IMG/VR virus record: IMGVR_UViG_2690316028_000014
Location: 1-17,345 of that record
Reading direction: 5' to 3' (one strand)
DNA length: 17,345 nt
Origin: a virus
Lineage: Duplodnaviria > Heunggongvirae > Uroviricota > Caudoviricetes
Part shown: in pieces, positions 1 to 6,742 of the stretch
How the letters are laid out: each line of letters opens with the position of its first letter
Position numbering within the stretch: position 1 is the stretch's first letter
The notes under the pieces: generated by a model
The model's database searches: none
What the model was told of the DNA's origin: nothing
What the model saw: only the letters and a program-made list of their open reading frames with translations
Program-made: the position numbers and the translations under genes

Positions 1-168
1 GACTCCGTTACGCTTGTTGATTAATCTGTGCGCCCACGCCACAGGCTCCGCTTCGAGAGATGCCAGCGCGATACGCGCCAGCGCCGAAGCCTCACCACAT
101 TGAACGTGGTCAGTTTCGATAATTTGCTGTAACTGCTCTTTGGTGAATTCTCTGGTAATAGTGCTCAT
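1..168 (-). CDS. Hypothetical protein, N-terminal fragment (gene continues past the left window edge)
   Basis: ATG at 166-168 (minus) preceded by GGGAGG at about 8 nt; 56 sense codons with no stop to the window edge (MSTITREFTKEQLQQIIETDHVQ...); follows the stop of the upstream gene by 3 nt. Not in the ORF track because it is truncated. Confidence 0.4.
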   Translation of the reverse strand, partial: MSTITREFTKEQLQQIIETDHVQCGEASALARIALASLEAEPVAWAHRLINKRNGV

Positions 169-171
169 AGG

Positions 172-390
172 TTAGTCCTCCCTGTACGGATTTAATTTGT
201 TGTGCAGTTTGTTAAACGGCCCCCATACGATGGAGCTATACCACTCAGCTATTTTTTCTGCCTGTTCTCCTGCTAACCAGATGAGGACTATCGGTGATAT
301 TGGAGCCATTAAAATAAGAAAGAGAAGGAAAAATAGAGCCTCTTTAACCCGACTTTGACGTGGATAATTCTTCCGGAATATTTTTGTCAC
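172..390 (-). CDS. Small membrane protein, hypothetical (72 aa)
   Basis: ORF-track ORF; start overlaps the upstream HNH stop (ATGA-type coupling); one strongly hydrophobic segment (ALFFLLFLILMAPISPIVLIWLA). Confidence 0.5.
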   Translation of the reverse strand: MTKIFRKNYPRQSRVKEALFFLLFLILMAPISPIVLIWLAGEQAEKIAEWYSSIVWGPFNKLHNKLNPYRED

Positions 391-764
391 AAGTTATCCC
401 CCTCTTGATACCGCTCGAACCGGAACACAACTGGTGCGTTAGTCTGTTTAACCAGGCCAAATGATTCCGCTGTGCGGTAACTTCTTGACGCACGGCGAGT
501 TACATCAACCTGAGTGGCTATGCGGCTGCGAAAGTCTTCTACTGTGCTGCACATTTTGAACAAGTTGCATGGAATGCATGCTGGAACCATGTTGCTGACC
601 GTGTCATTTTCTGGCCTGTCCATTGCGTAGCCGTTGCTGATATTTCTTCGTACCGCTTCTACATGGTCTGCATGCCACTTATCGCCAAGTTCACAGCCGC
701 AATAAGCACAGCGACCGCCAAACTTCATGCGCAGTTCTGCACGCTGTTTTTTCGTCAGTGCCAT
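387..764 (-). CDS. HNH endonuclease
   Basis: 125 aa with paired CxxC zinc ligands and His-rich core (GGRCAYCGCEL...WHADHVEAV...ACIPCN) typical of the HNH nuclease fold; part of the tightly packed minus-strand operon. Confidence 0.75.
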   Translation of the reverse strand: MALTKKQRAELRMKFGGRCAYCGCELGDKWHADHVEAVRRNISNGYAMDRPENDTVSNMVPACIPCNLFKMCSTVEDFRSRIATQVDVTRRASRSYRTAESFGLVKQTNAPVVFRFERYQEGDNL

Positions 765-765
765 C

Positions 766-1056
766 TCATTCCCCCTTCACGCCAATGCCAGCGGCGCGGA
801 GTGCTTCTATGAAAACATCAAGCCCCTGATTAAATCCGATAGCCTCATAAAACTGTTTTGTGTGCATGTCCGGTGAATTGCGATATTCGGGCAGCTTCAC
901 CGTCCGCGCCTCCAGTTCTGCTATGCGCTTCTCTGCGGCTTCCAGCTCATCCAGCAGCGCCAGTAAATCGCGAGTTGGTACCATGAAGTTCGGCATGAAG
1001 TTATCTTTTGCCTTTTCTGCTGTTAGGCGCAGCGCCTGTTTGTCGATGTTGCTCAT
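766..1056 (-). CDS. Hypothetical phage protein (96 aa, predicted coiled-coil segment)
   Basis: ORF-track ORF; ATGA start/stop overlap with the upstream gene; LLALLDELEAAEKRIAELEAR heptad-like stretch. Confidence 0.55.
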   Translation of the reverse strand: MSNIDKQALRLTAEKAKDNFMPNFMVPTRDLLALLDELEAAEKRIAELEARTVKLPEYRNSPDMHTKQFYEAIGFNQGLDVFIEALRAAGIGVKGE

Positions 1057-1559
1057 TGCGCGTCCCCCTTGCGAATCTGGGCGGCGATGTCTTCGAGTAC
1101 ACCATCAGCGAACGAGCGATCGAAATCGCCTTCCGGCGCATCATCCATAAACTCTGTGGAGGTCAGTATCATTCGTGCGATGTCCGCAGCGTTCTTCGCT
1201 GTGTCTTCGATAAACCCAGCCTCCCATGCAGCCAGCATTCGGTTGGCAACAAAGTGAGCGCCTTCCTTGTGGGCTTGCGCCCGCACTTCAGCCAGGAAAG
1301 CCTGGTACGCAGGAATCTGCAGCACAGCCAGAGCTCCGATAATCTTCTGTACTTCTGGATGGCATTGATCGTAATGAGCATCGGTGATGAACACCGCGTC
1401 ATTGTGAATTGCTTCAATTGCACTCAACTCCGCAGCCAGCGCCGCGCACTTGGCTTCAACCACGTTAAGGAGAGTCGTAACTTCTGCCGGTGACATATGC
1501 TCACCACAATCGGCATTCATCCTGGCGCTTTTAATCAGATCTTCGTATTTATTGCTCAT
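1053..1559 (-). CDS. Hypothetical phage protein (168 aa)
   Basis: Track ORF 1053..1616 trimmed to the internal ATG at 1557-1559, which overlaps the upstream stop (ATGA) and is preceded by GGGGGAGGG; no family recognised. Confidence 0.55.
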   Translation of the reverse strand: MSNKYEDLIKSARMNADCGEHMSPAEVTTLLNVVEAKCAALAAELSAIEAIHNDAVFITDAHYDQCHPEVQKIIGALAVLQIPAYQAFLAEVRAQAHKEGAHFVANRMLAAWEAGFIEDTAKNAADIARMILTSTEFMDDAPEGDFDRSFADGVLEDIAAQIRKGDAQ

Positions 1560-1900
1560 ACCCCTGCCCTCCCCCAAACCATCAATACTCGCTTCATCGC
1601 CGCGCTGTTGCGGCACTCCTGGCAGATCACGTTTGCCTCTGTACGCTGCACCAGCTTCGAATTTCCCTTCGGCATAGCCGGGATTGTTTCTGGTGCGTAT
1701 TTCATGCCGTAATCGGTCAGCCGATAAAGCCGCTGTCCGTGCTTGCCTTCGAACTCGATCAGGCCGTCTGCCAGCAGCGTGCTTAACGGGCCGGAAATCT
1801 TTTTGGTGGTCATGCCGATCATCCTGGCAATGAAAGCACTATTCAGGCCCGGGTTATTACGCAGGGCTGCAAGAATCTGCCCACGAATTGTTATGGTCAT
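1556..1900 (-). CDS. Putative winged-helix DNA-binding protein (114 aa)
   Basis: Track ORF 1556..1948 trimmed to the ATG at 1898-1900, which overlaps the DnaC-like stop (ATGA) and is preceded by AAGGGGG; N-terminal LNSAFIARMIGMTTKKISGPLSTLLADGLIE resembles wHTH regulators; C-terminal CQEC. Confidence 0.5.
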   Translation of the reverse strand: MTITIRGQILAALRNNPGLNSAFIARMIGMTTKKISGPLSTLLADGLIEFEGKHGQRLYRLTDYGMKYAPETIPAMPKGNSKLVQRTEANVICQECRNSAAMKRVLMVWGRAGV

Positions 1901-2769
1901 GCTGCCCCCTTGGAACGGTAAGAATCCCAGGTGAATGACAGCGTGCACCCGCCGCCGTCGCTCATGCGGTCAATAACACGCTCACTCACGAACGCTGCCA
2001 GTTCTTCTTTGGTCTGGTTGCTGATCAGGATGGTCGGCTTCATACGCTCATAACGGGTGTTGATGATTTCGAACATGATCAGCTTCTCGGCCTCGCTGCC
2101 GAACTGGACGCCAACTTCGTCGATGATCAAAAGGTCCGGAGTGGTGAAGTGCGCAATCACGTCGTTCTCGCAGCGCGTCGCTGTTTTCGACCACGTTGAT
2201 TTGAATTCGCGGGCAATCTTCAGCGCGGTGGTGAAAATTACCGGGCTCTGGTGGTTCTCGATGACATAACGGGCGATCGCCAGGGCGAGGTGGTTTTTAC
2301 CGGTTCCCGGCTTGCCGCACATCACCAGGCCACCACCCTGCTTCAGGCGCTCTGGCCACTTCGCGGCATACGCCTGGCAAACCCGCAGCGCGCGCTCTGA
2401 CTCCTTCCCCACCGGCTGATAGCTTTCCAGCGTGCACGTTACAAAGCGCTCAGGGATTTCGAGCTGGCGCAGCAGGCGATCGATGTTCTGCTGGCGCGTG
2501 CGGTCTTCCCACCGCTTTTTCTCGTCATACAGGAAGGTCAGCTCATCGCGAAGGCAGCCCGGACAACGAGTCGGCGGTGACGGCAGCTTGATCAGGCTGC
2601 TGGTAAGCACGCGTTTACGCTGTTCGTACTCGCCATGTTTCTCGCAAAGCACTGTTTCGAAGACGGTCTCGCAGTTAGGGAGCTGCTCTGGAGGTCTACC
2701 AAGGACTTCCAGCATTTTTTCGATAGCGTCGATTTTTTCGAGCAGTTCCATACTCAGTCCCTCGCCCAA
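1897..2769 (-). CDS. DnaC/IstB-like AAA+ helicase loader (replication protein, lambda P position)
   Basis: Walker A GKPGTGKNHLA and Walker B LLIIDEVG; N-terminal Cys pairs; lies immediately downstream of and overlapping the O-like initiator. Confidence 0.85.
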   Translation of the reverse strand: MGEGLSMELLEKIDAIEKMLEVLGRPPEQLPNCETVFETVLCEKHGEYEQRKRVLTSSLIKLPSPPTRCPGCLRDELTFLYDEKKRWEDRTRQQNIDRLLRQLEIPERFVTCTLESYQPVGKESERALRVCQAYAAKWPERLKQGGGLVMCGKPGTGKNHLALAIARYVIENHQSPVIFTTALKIAREFKSTWSKTATRCENDVIAHFTTPDLLIIDEVGVQFGSEAEKLIMFEIINTRYERMKPTILISNQTKEELAAFVSERVIDRMSDGGGCTLSFTWDSYRSKGAA

Positions 2770-3608
2770 GATGGAATTTCAGTCTGGCCATAGTCCTTGC
2801 CAGCGAAGTTCTCAGATACGCGAGACTGATTGCGGGCTGGCTGCTTGATGCCTTTCGGCTCAAACAATCCCTGCCAGCCGTTCGCAATGCTCTGGTTGAT
2901 GATTTCTTCAGGCTGATATCCGCTGCACTTGCAACGCTCGAGCAGGTTGATGGCCTGGGTAACCGTCTGCTGAGACTTGATCGGTTTCTTCAGGTCGCGA
3001 CGATAATCGACCCATGACTTCCAGACTGAAACTGACAGCCATTCAGGAAGCTCAACACCGGCCGGATCGAACGAAGCCGGTTTGGGGGATTTAGGGGGTT
3101 TATTAATATTGTCTTTATTGTCTTTTGTATGTTTGTCTTTTGTGTTTACCTGATTTGGGTAAGTGTCGTTACCTGATTCGGGTAAACATTTCTTACCTGA
3201 TACGGGTAAATTTACCTCTTTCAGGTAAACTTTGTTTTCGTTACCTGATTTGGGTAATTTCACCCATTCGCTGACCGATTTGTTAATGCCCACAGTTCGC
3301 CCGATTTGGGTAAACACCCCGCGCCTGACTAACGCACTTTTAGCCGCAGAGCATTTGTGTGGGAGGATTCCGGTCAGGGCAGATAACTGATCATTGCTTA
3401 CCCAGTCCGCCTTTTTGTTGAAACCGTATGTTTTGCGCATTACTGCCATGAAGACCAGCAGCTGATGCTGAGACAATCCAGCCAGCATGACAGCCTCCAG
3501 AAGTTCATTGGCGATGCGCGTATAGCCATCATCAAGATCTGCCACGCGCGGCTCCTTAGGTGCCACGTCAGGCACAGGGAAATTGATTACTTCGGCAGTG
3601 TTTGCCAT
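2754..3608 (-). CDS. O: Replication initiator, lambda O-like
   Basis: N-terminal region (ANELLEAV...LSQHQLLVFMAVMRKTYGFNKKADWVSNDQLSALTGI...KCSAAKSALVRRGV) matches the lambda O N-terminal domain family; iteron array and AT-rich tract lie inside the gene as in lambda; RBS GGAG before the ATG at 3606-3608. Confidence 0.85.
   Translation of the reverse strand: MANTAEVINFPVPDVAPKEPRVADLDDGYTRIANELLEAVMLAGLSQHQLLVFMAVMRKTYGFNKKADWVSNDQLSALTGILPHKCSAAKSALVRRGVFTQIGRTVGINKSVSEWVKLPKSGNENKVYLKEVNLPVSGKKCLPESGNDTYPNQVNTKDKHTKDNKDNINKPPKSPKPASFDPAGVELPEWLSVSVWKSWVDYRRDLKKPIKSQQTVTQAINLLERCKCSGYQPEEIINQSIANGWQGLFEPKGIKQPARNQSRVSENFAGKDYGQTEIPSWARD
3146..3313. repeat. Replication origin iterons (ori-lambda-like) inside the O-like gene, with adjacent AT-rich tract at about 3100-3145
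   Basis: Five to six copies of an internally palindromic 17-mer TTACCTGATNNGGGTAA at 3146-3162, 3169-3185, 3193-3209, 3212-3228 (degenerate), 3241-3257 and a partial copy at about 3299-3313; flanked by ttattaatattgtctttattgtcttttgtatgtttgtctttt. Confidence 0.7.
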
Positions 3609-3611
3609 AAT
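3583..3611 (+). promoter_or_regulatory. Candidate sigma70 promoter antisense to the O start (possible OOP-like antisense RNA promoter)
   Basis: TTGATT (3583-3588), 17-bp spacer, CATAAT (3606-3611) on the plus strand, reading into the cII-O intergenic hairpin at 3645-3677. Confidence 0.3.
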
Positions 3612-3690
3612 TGCTCCTGTGAATTGATCCAGTTAATTCCATCTGAAAGCCGTTGGTGTTACAGCACCGCGGCTTTCGCCCATTCTGCGT

Positions 3691-3912
3691 TCATGCTTCA
3701 AAATCTCCCTTCGCTCCATCCCGGTTAGAAATCAGGATGGCCAGCAGCAGCGACATGTTCGGTACCAGGCTCTCCTGCCAGCGGCTTACGGTTGATTTAT
3801 TTCTGCCAGCAACTTCAGCTATACGTGATATCCCCAGATCAGATATCTGGCTGCGTAACCAACTCTCTATCCTCCTAGCCTCCAATTTGTTGCGTGCGGT
3901 TGATGTCTCCAT
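3691..3912 (-). CDS. cII: CII-like transcriptional activator
   Basis: 73 aa; RIESWLRSQISDLGISRIAEVAGRNKSTVSRWQESLVPNMSLLLAIL parallels the lambda CII HTH core as recalled; RBS AGAGGAAG; located downstream of cro. Confidence 0.75.
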   Translation of the reverse strand: METSTARNKLEARRIESWLRSQISDLGISRIAEVAGRNKSTVSRWQESLVPNMSLLLAILISNRDGAKGDFEA

Positions 3913-3950
3913 TTGCGATACTTCCTCTGATTTAATTGGTTATGCCGCCA

Positions 3951-4184
3951 TTAGGCGGCGTTGTTGTCGATCGGTGATGGGAACAGCGTCGGTAAGTCAG
4001 GGCGAATCTGGTAGGCCTGAATTTCACCACCAGTTGCTTTCACGATGCTGTTCACATGCTCCGGAGAAACCTTTGCTTTGTTGTGTAGCCACTTGTAAAC
4101 CGCCTGCTGCGATACTGCGCATGCTTCACCAAGGGCTTTTTGAGACCCGACGATGGTAATGGCGGTTTTAATGGTTGGATTCAT
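3951..4184 (-). CDS. cro: Cro-like HTH repressor
   Basis: 77 aa HTH protein (QKALGEACAVSQQAVYKWL) transcribed divergently from cI across an operator-rich intergenic region; RBS GGAGG. Confidence 0.7.
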   Translation of the reverse strand: MNPTIKTAITIVGSQKALGEACAVSQQAVYKWLHNKAKVSPEHVNSIVKATGGEIQAYQIRPDLPTLFPSPIDNNAA

Positions 4185-4288
4185 AACAACCTCCGTAGTG
4201 AATATAAATGAAGAATAAAACTATGGTTGTATTTAGTCAACAACCATTTTCGTTTGATGAAATAAAACCACGGTTGTAGATTGCGTAT
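4185..4288. promoter_or_regulatory. Immunity switch (OR-like): back-to-back pR-like and pRM-like promoters with ACAACC/GGTTGT operator repeats
   Basis: 25-bp palindrome ATGGTTGT-N9-ACAACCAT at 4223-4247; further ACAACC/GGTTGT copies at 4187-4192 and 4273-4278; minus-strand promoter TTGACT (complement of 4235-4240), 17 bp, TATTCT (complement of 4212-4217); plus-strand TTGATG (4254-4259), 17 bp, TAGATT (4277-4282) ending 6 nt before the cI ATG with no SD. Confidence 0.6.
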
Positions 4289-5014
4289 ATGAAAACGACA
4301 CTCGCTGAAAGACTGAAGGAAGCCAGGACATTACGAGGCCTTACACAAAAGGCTCTCGGGGATCTGGTTGGGGTAAGCCAAGCTGCTATCCAGAAGATAG
4401 AAACGGGAAAAGCTAACCAGACAACAAAGTTGGTAGAGCTGGCAAATGCTTTGATGGTTAAACCTGAATGGCTAAGTTCAGGTGTTGGCCCCATGCGATC
4501 AGACGCTAAAGAATCAAATATTGGTCCTGAATCAGAGTGGGGAACTGTCGACGCATGGGACAAAAACACCCCGCTTCCTGCTGACGAGGTTGAAGTGCCT
4601 TTTCTTAAGGATATTGAATTTGCTTGTGGCGATGGACGCGTTCAATGCGAGGATCACAATGGCTTTAAGCTCAGGTTCTCAAAGGCAACCCTCCGACGCG
4701 TTGGAGCTAATACAGATGGGTCTGGCATCCTGTGCTTCCCTGCTACTGGCGACAGTATGGAACCCGTAATACCGGATGGTACGACTGTAGCCGTCGATAC
4801 GAACAACAAACGCATAGTTGATGGGAAACTGTATGCCATTGGTCAGACAGATGGCGGGAATGGTCAACTCAAGCGCATTAAACAGCTGTATCGTAAGCCA
4901 GGCGGAAAGCTAATTATCCGCAGCTACAACAATGAGGCCTACCCTGATGAAGAAGCTGACATTGATGATGTTGAGATAATCGGCCGCCTCTTCTGGTACT
5001 CGGTATTGCTGTAG
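4289..5014 (+). CDS. cI: CI-type prophage repressor (HTH_XRE N-domain plus S24 LexA-like peptidase C-domain)
   Basis: N-terminal HTH (LTQKALGDLVGVSQAAIQKIETGK); C-terminal GDSMEP with Ser156 and Lys195/198 at lambda-CI-like spacing; candidate Cys113-Gly114 autocleavage site. Confidence 0.9.
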   Translation: MKTTLAERLKEARTLRGLTQKALGDLVGVSQAAIQKIETGKANQTTKLVELANALMVKPEWLSSGVGPMRSDAKESNIGPESEWGTVDAWDKNTPLPADEVEVPFLKDIEFACGDGRVQCEDHNGFKLRFSKATLRRVGANTDGSGILCFPATGDSMEPVIPDGTTVAVDTNNKRIVDGKLYAIGQTDGGNGQLKRIKQLYRKPGGKLIIRSYNNEAYPDEEADIDDVEIIGRLFWYSVLL

Positions 5015-5118
5015 CGGTGGCCTGAAGAGACGTTTGGTTAAGGCCAGCAACGGATCACAACAAACACATGGGGCGGCGGATTAAGGGTGATGGAGAATCG
5101 AAATAAGTTGAGGTCAAC

Positions 5119-5274
5119 ATGAACACGTTCAGCATAATCGCGATACCTTTTTTTGCCCTTTCAGTGGTTCTGTTGACTCTTGGCGCTACCAGGAAGAACC
5201 AAGCCAGCTTCATCGTTGGCGGCGTGTTTATGGCGTCATGCGTGGTTAATGCCATTATCGGCATGTCTCTTTGA
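5119..5274 (+). CDS. Small hydrophobic membrane peptide (51 aa, two predicted TM segments)
   Basis: ATG at 5119 with GAGG 5 nt upstream; MNTFSIIAIPFFALSVVLLTLGATRKNQASFIVGGVFMASCVVNAIIGMSL; below the ORF-track size cut-off; about 100 bp downstream of cI. Confidence 0.4.
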   Translation: MNTFSIIAIPFFALSVVLLTLGATRKNQASFIVGGVFMASCVVNAIIGMSL

Positions 5275-5466
5275 GCGCTATGAGATCAGGCATCCTCGTT
5301 ACTTTGTCATGTGTGACAGCCTGGTATGCACTCTGCGAGCTTTGATGTGGTTTACCACTTTAATAGTCACCGTATCACTAAACTGATTAGCTTTACTCAT
5401 ACTCTTGTGGATTCGCTATTTCTGATGTCAATGCAAAAAAATACTAAGGAAACAAAAAGGATACTT

Positions 5467-5733
5467 ATGTCAGATAACACTATTAAAATCATACCTCAGC
5501 ACATGACCGCCACATCAGTTCTTATTACGCCTGATCGTGCTGAAACAATCATTACTTTTTACCGCCATGAATTTGAGCATCACATGCAGTCTGATGAGCA
5601 AGGAAAGAATAGCTTCCAAGTAAAAGTTGAGTTGACCCCTAACATGTCAGTCTCAATGAGCCCGGATCAAGCTGTTGCATTAGTAAAATCATTACAGGTA
5701 GCTCTCAGGGATAATGGGCTATGGAAAGACTGA
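5467..5733 (+). CDS. Hypothetical protein (88 aa) in the AT-rich cI-adjacent island
   Basis: Track ORF 5326..5733 trimmed to the ATG at 5467 preceded by AAAAAGGA; visibly AT-rich coding sequence; no recognised family. Confidence 0.5.
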   Translation: MSDNTIKIIPQHMTATSVLITPDRAETIITFYRHEFEHHMQSDEQGKNSFQVKVELTPNMSVSMSPDQAVALVKSLQVALRDNGLWKD

Positions 5734-6371
5734 AGCCAGTTTCTTCAGTTCAACCTACCTCAGGAACAACATCATCAGTTCTTCCAAGTATTATAGTTAG
5801 TGCAACCCTAGCAGCGACAACCGTTTCTCCTTATGGGGATCCATCTCAGTACCAAAGTATTGGTATTGATGCTAAGGTATCAAATAGAGTTTCATACGCC
5901 ATGGACGAAACGGGTTTGCGCCCAAGTAAGGAAGATGTAGCGATGAAGAGTGATACCCTGGAGGTAAGCGTGAGCGGAATGTCCAGAGAAGAACTTGACG
6001 CAAAGCTTTCACAAAACAAATCAGAGGTAGAGTCTATTGCTGCGGAAATGCGTCGCGAATCAGCTGACTTTAAAACCTATTATACTCAGCAATTTTCTTC
6101 TATTGAGAGAGGTATTGCTGAAATTAAAGGTGAAATCGGCGGTTTGAAAACGGGACTTACAACGACTCAGTGGGCGATGGCCGTTGGCTTGACTTTAGTT
6201 ACTGTGATTCTGTCTGGCGTGATGTTAGCCTCAAGTTGGATTATCTCCGGCAATGACAAGTCACCATCAGTAACCAGCCCGGCTCCAATTATAATACAGG
6301 TACCGACACAGCAACCATTAACGAGCGCTCCAACTAACCAATCGTCATCACAACAAGCTCCTAAGCAATAA
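5721..6371 (+). CDS. Membrane-anchored protein (216 aa): S/T-rich N-region, coiled-coil, C-terminal TM helix, S/T/Q/P-rich tail
   Basis: Long open frame in AT-rich DNA; start overlaps the upstream stop by 13 nt; alternative internal start at about 5944 with strong RBS TAAGGAAG; TM segment WAMAVGLTLVTVILSGVMLASSWII; followed directly by a terminator. Confidence 0.6.
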   Translation: MERLKPVSSVQPTSGTTSSVLPSIIVSATLAATTVSPYGDPSQYQSIGIDAKVSNRVSYAMDETGLRPSKEDVAMKSDTLEVSVSGMSREELDAKLSQNKSEVESIAAEMRRESADFKTYYTQQFSSIERGIAEIKGEIGGLKTGLTTTQWAMAVGLTLVTVILSGVMLASSWIISGNDKSPSVTSPAPIIIQVPTQQPLTSAPTNQSSSQQAPKQ

Positions 6372-6376
6372 ATAAA

Positions 6377-6403
6377 CCCGGCCACCGCGCCGGGTTTTTA
6401 TTT
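6377..6403. terminator. Bidirectional Rho-independent terminator
   Basis: CCCGGC-cacc gc-GCCGGG hairpin (6377-6394) followed by TTTTTATTT on the plus strand and preceded by AAATAAATAAA (U-tract for the minus strand); ends both the plus-strand island and the minus-strand 68-aa ORF. Confidence 0.75.
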
Positions 6404-6604
6404 GCCCTTCCGTACCATCTCAGCCGCATCCCGTAGCACCCCCTTGTGGATCACGTTCCCGACGGCTTTACGCTTCCCTTCCAGAAATCCCACAATGTTG
6501 TCTTTGTTGATCTCAATCCCGTTGTAAATCAGTTCGAACACCACACACCCAACCTCTCCAGCCATGAAGGCCATCCGGTCATCTGCAAGTTCATCACGTT
6601 CCAT
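6398..6604 (-). CDS. Hypothetical protein (68 aa), convergent with the cI island
   Basis: Track ORF 6398..6958 trimmed to the ATG at 6602-6604 with GGGGGTGG upstream; E. coli-like codon choice; the longer N-terminal extension runs through AT-rich promoter DNA and is rejected. Confidence 0.5.
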   Translation of the reverse strand: MERDELADDRMAFMAGEVGCVVFELIYNGIEINKDNIVGFLEGKRKAVGNVIHKGVLRDAAEMVRKGK

Positions 6605-6688
6605 AGCCACCCCCTGATGTTTTTTGCAGCATAGCACCAATCTTTTATAAAAATAAATTCCTTTTAAATACAACCAAATAAAACCAAA

Positions 6689-6742
6689 ACAACTATAAAT
6701 ACAACTATTGTTGTTGACGATAAAACAACTATGGTTTTTAAT
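6689..6742 (+). promoter_or_regulatory. OL/pL-like operator-promoter cluster driving the early-left (recombination-int) operon
   Basis: Three direct ACAACTAT copies at 6689, 6701 and 6725 (12- and 24-bp phasing) plus an inverted GTTGTTG; promoter TTGACG (6714-6719), 17 bp, TTTAAT (6737-6742); shares CTATGGTT with the OR region. Confidence 0.5.

Noticed and set aside
860-1712. Plus-strand ORFs 860..1150, 1008..1493, 1069..1257, 1450..1677, 1497..1712 overlapping the minus-strand operon
   Set aside because: Shadow ORFs antisense to RBS-supported, translationally coupled minus-strand genes; S/A/R-rich low-complexity translations.
3146-3313. Possible CRISPR array (short direct repeats)
   Set aside because: Repeats are 17 bp, internally palindromic, separated by only 5-7 bp and lie inside the O-like gene next to an AT-rich tract; this is an iteron origin, and no cas genes are present.
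5055-5386. Track ORFs 5055..5264 (minus) and 5180..5386 (plus) in the cI-downstream region
   Set aside because: The 51-aa plus-strand frame at 5119..5274 has a proper ATG and RBS and a coherent two-TM peptide; the track ORFs start at non-ATG codons or are antisense and lack start context.
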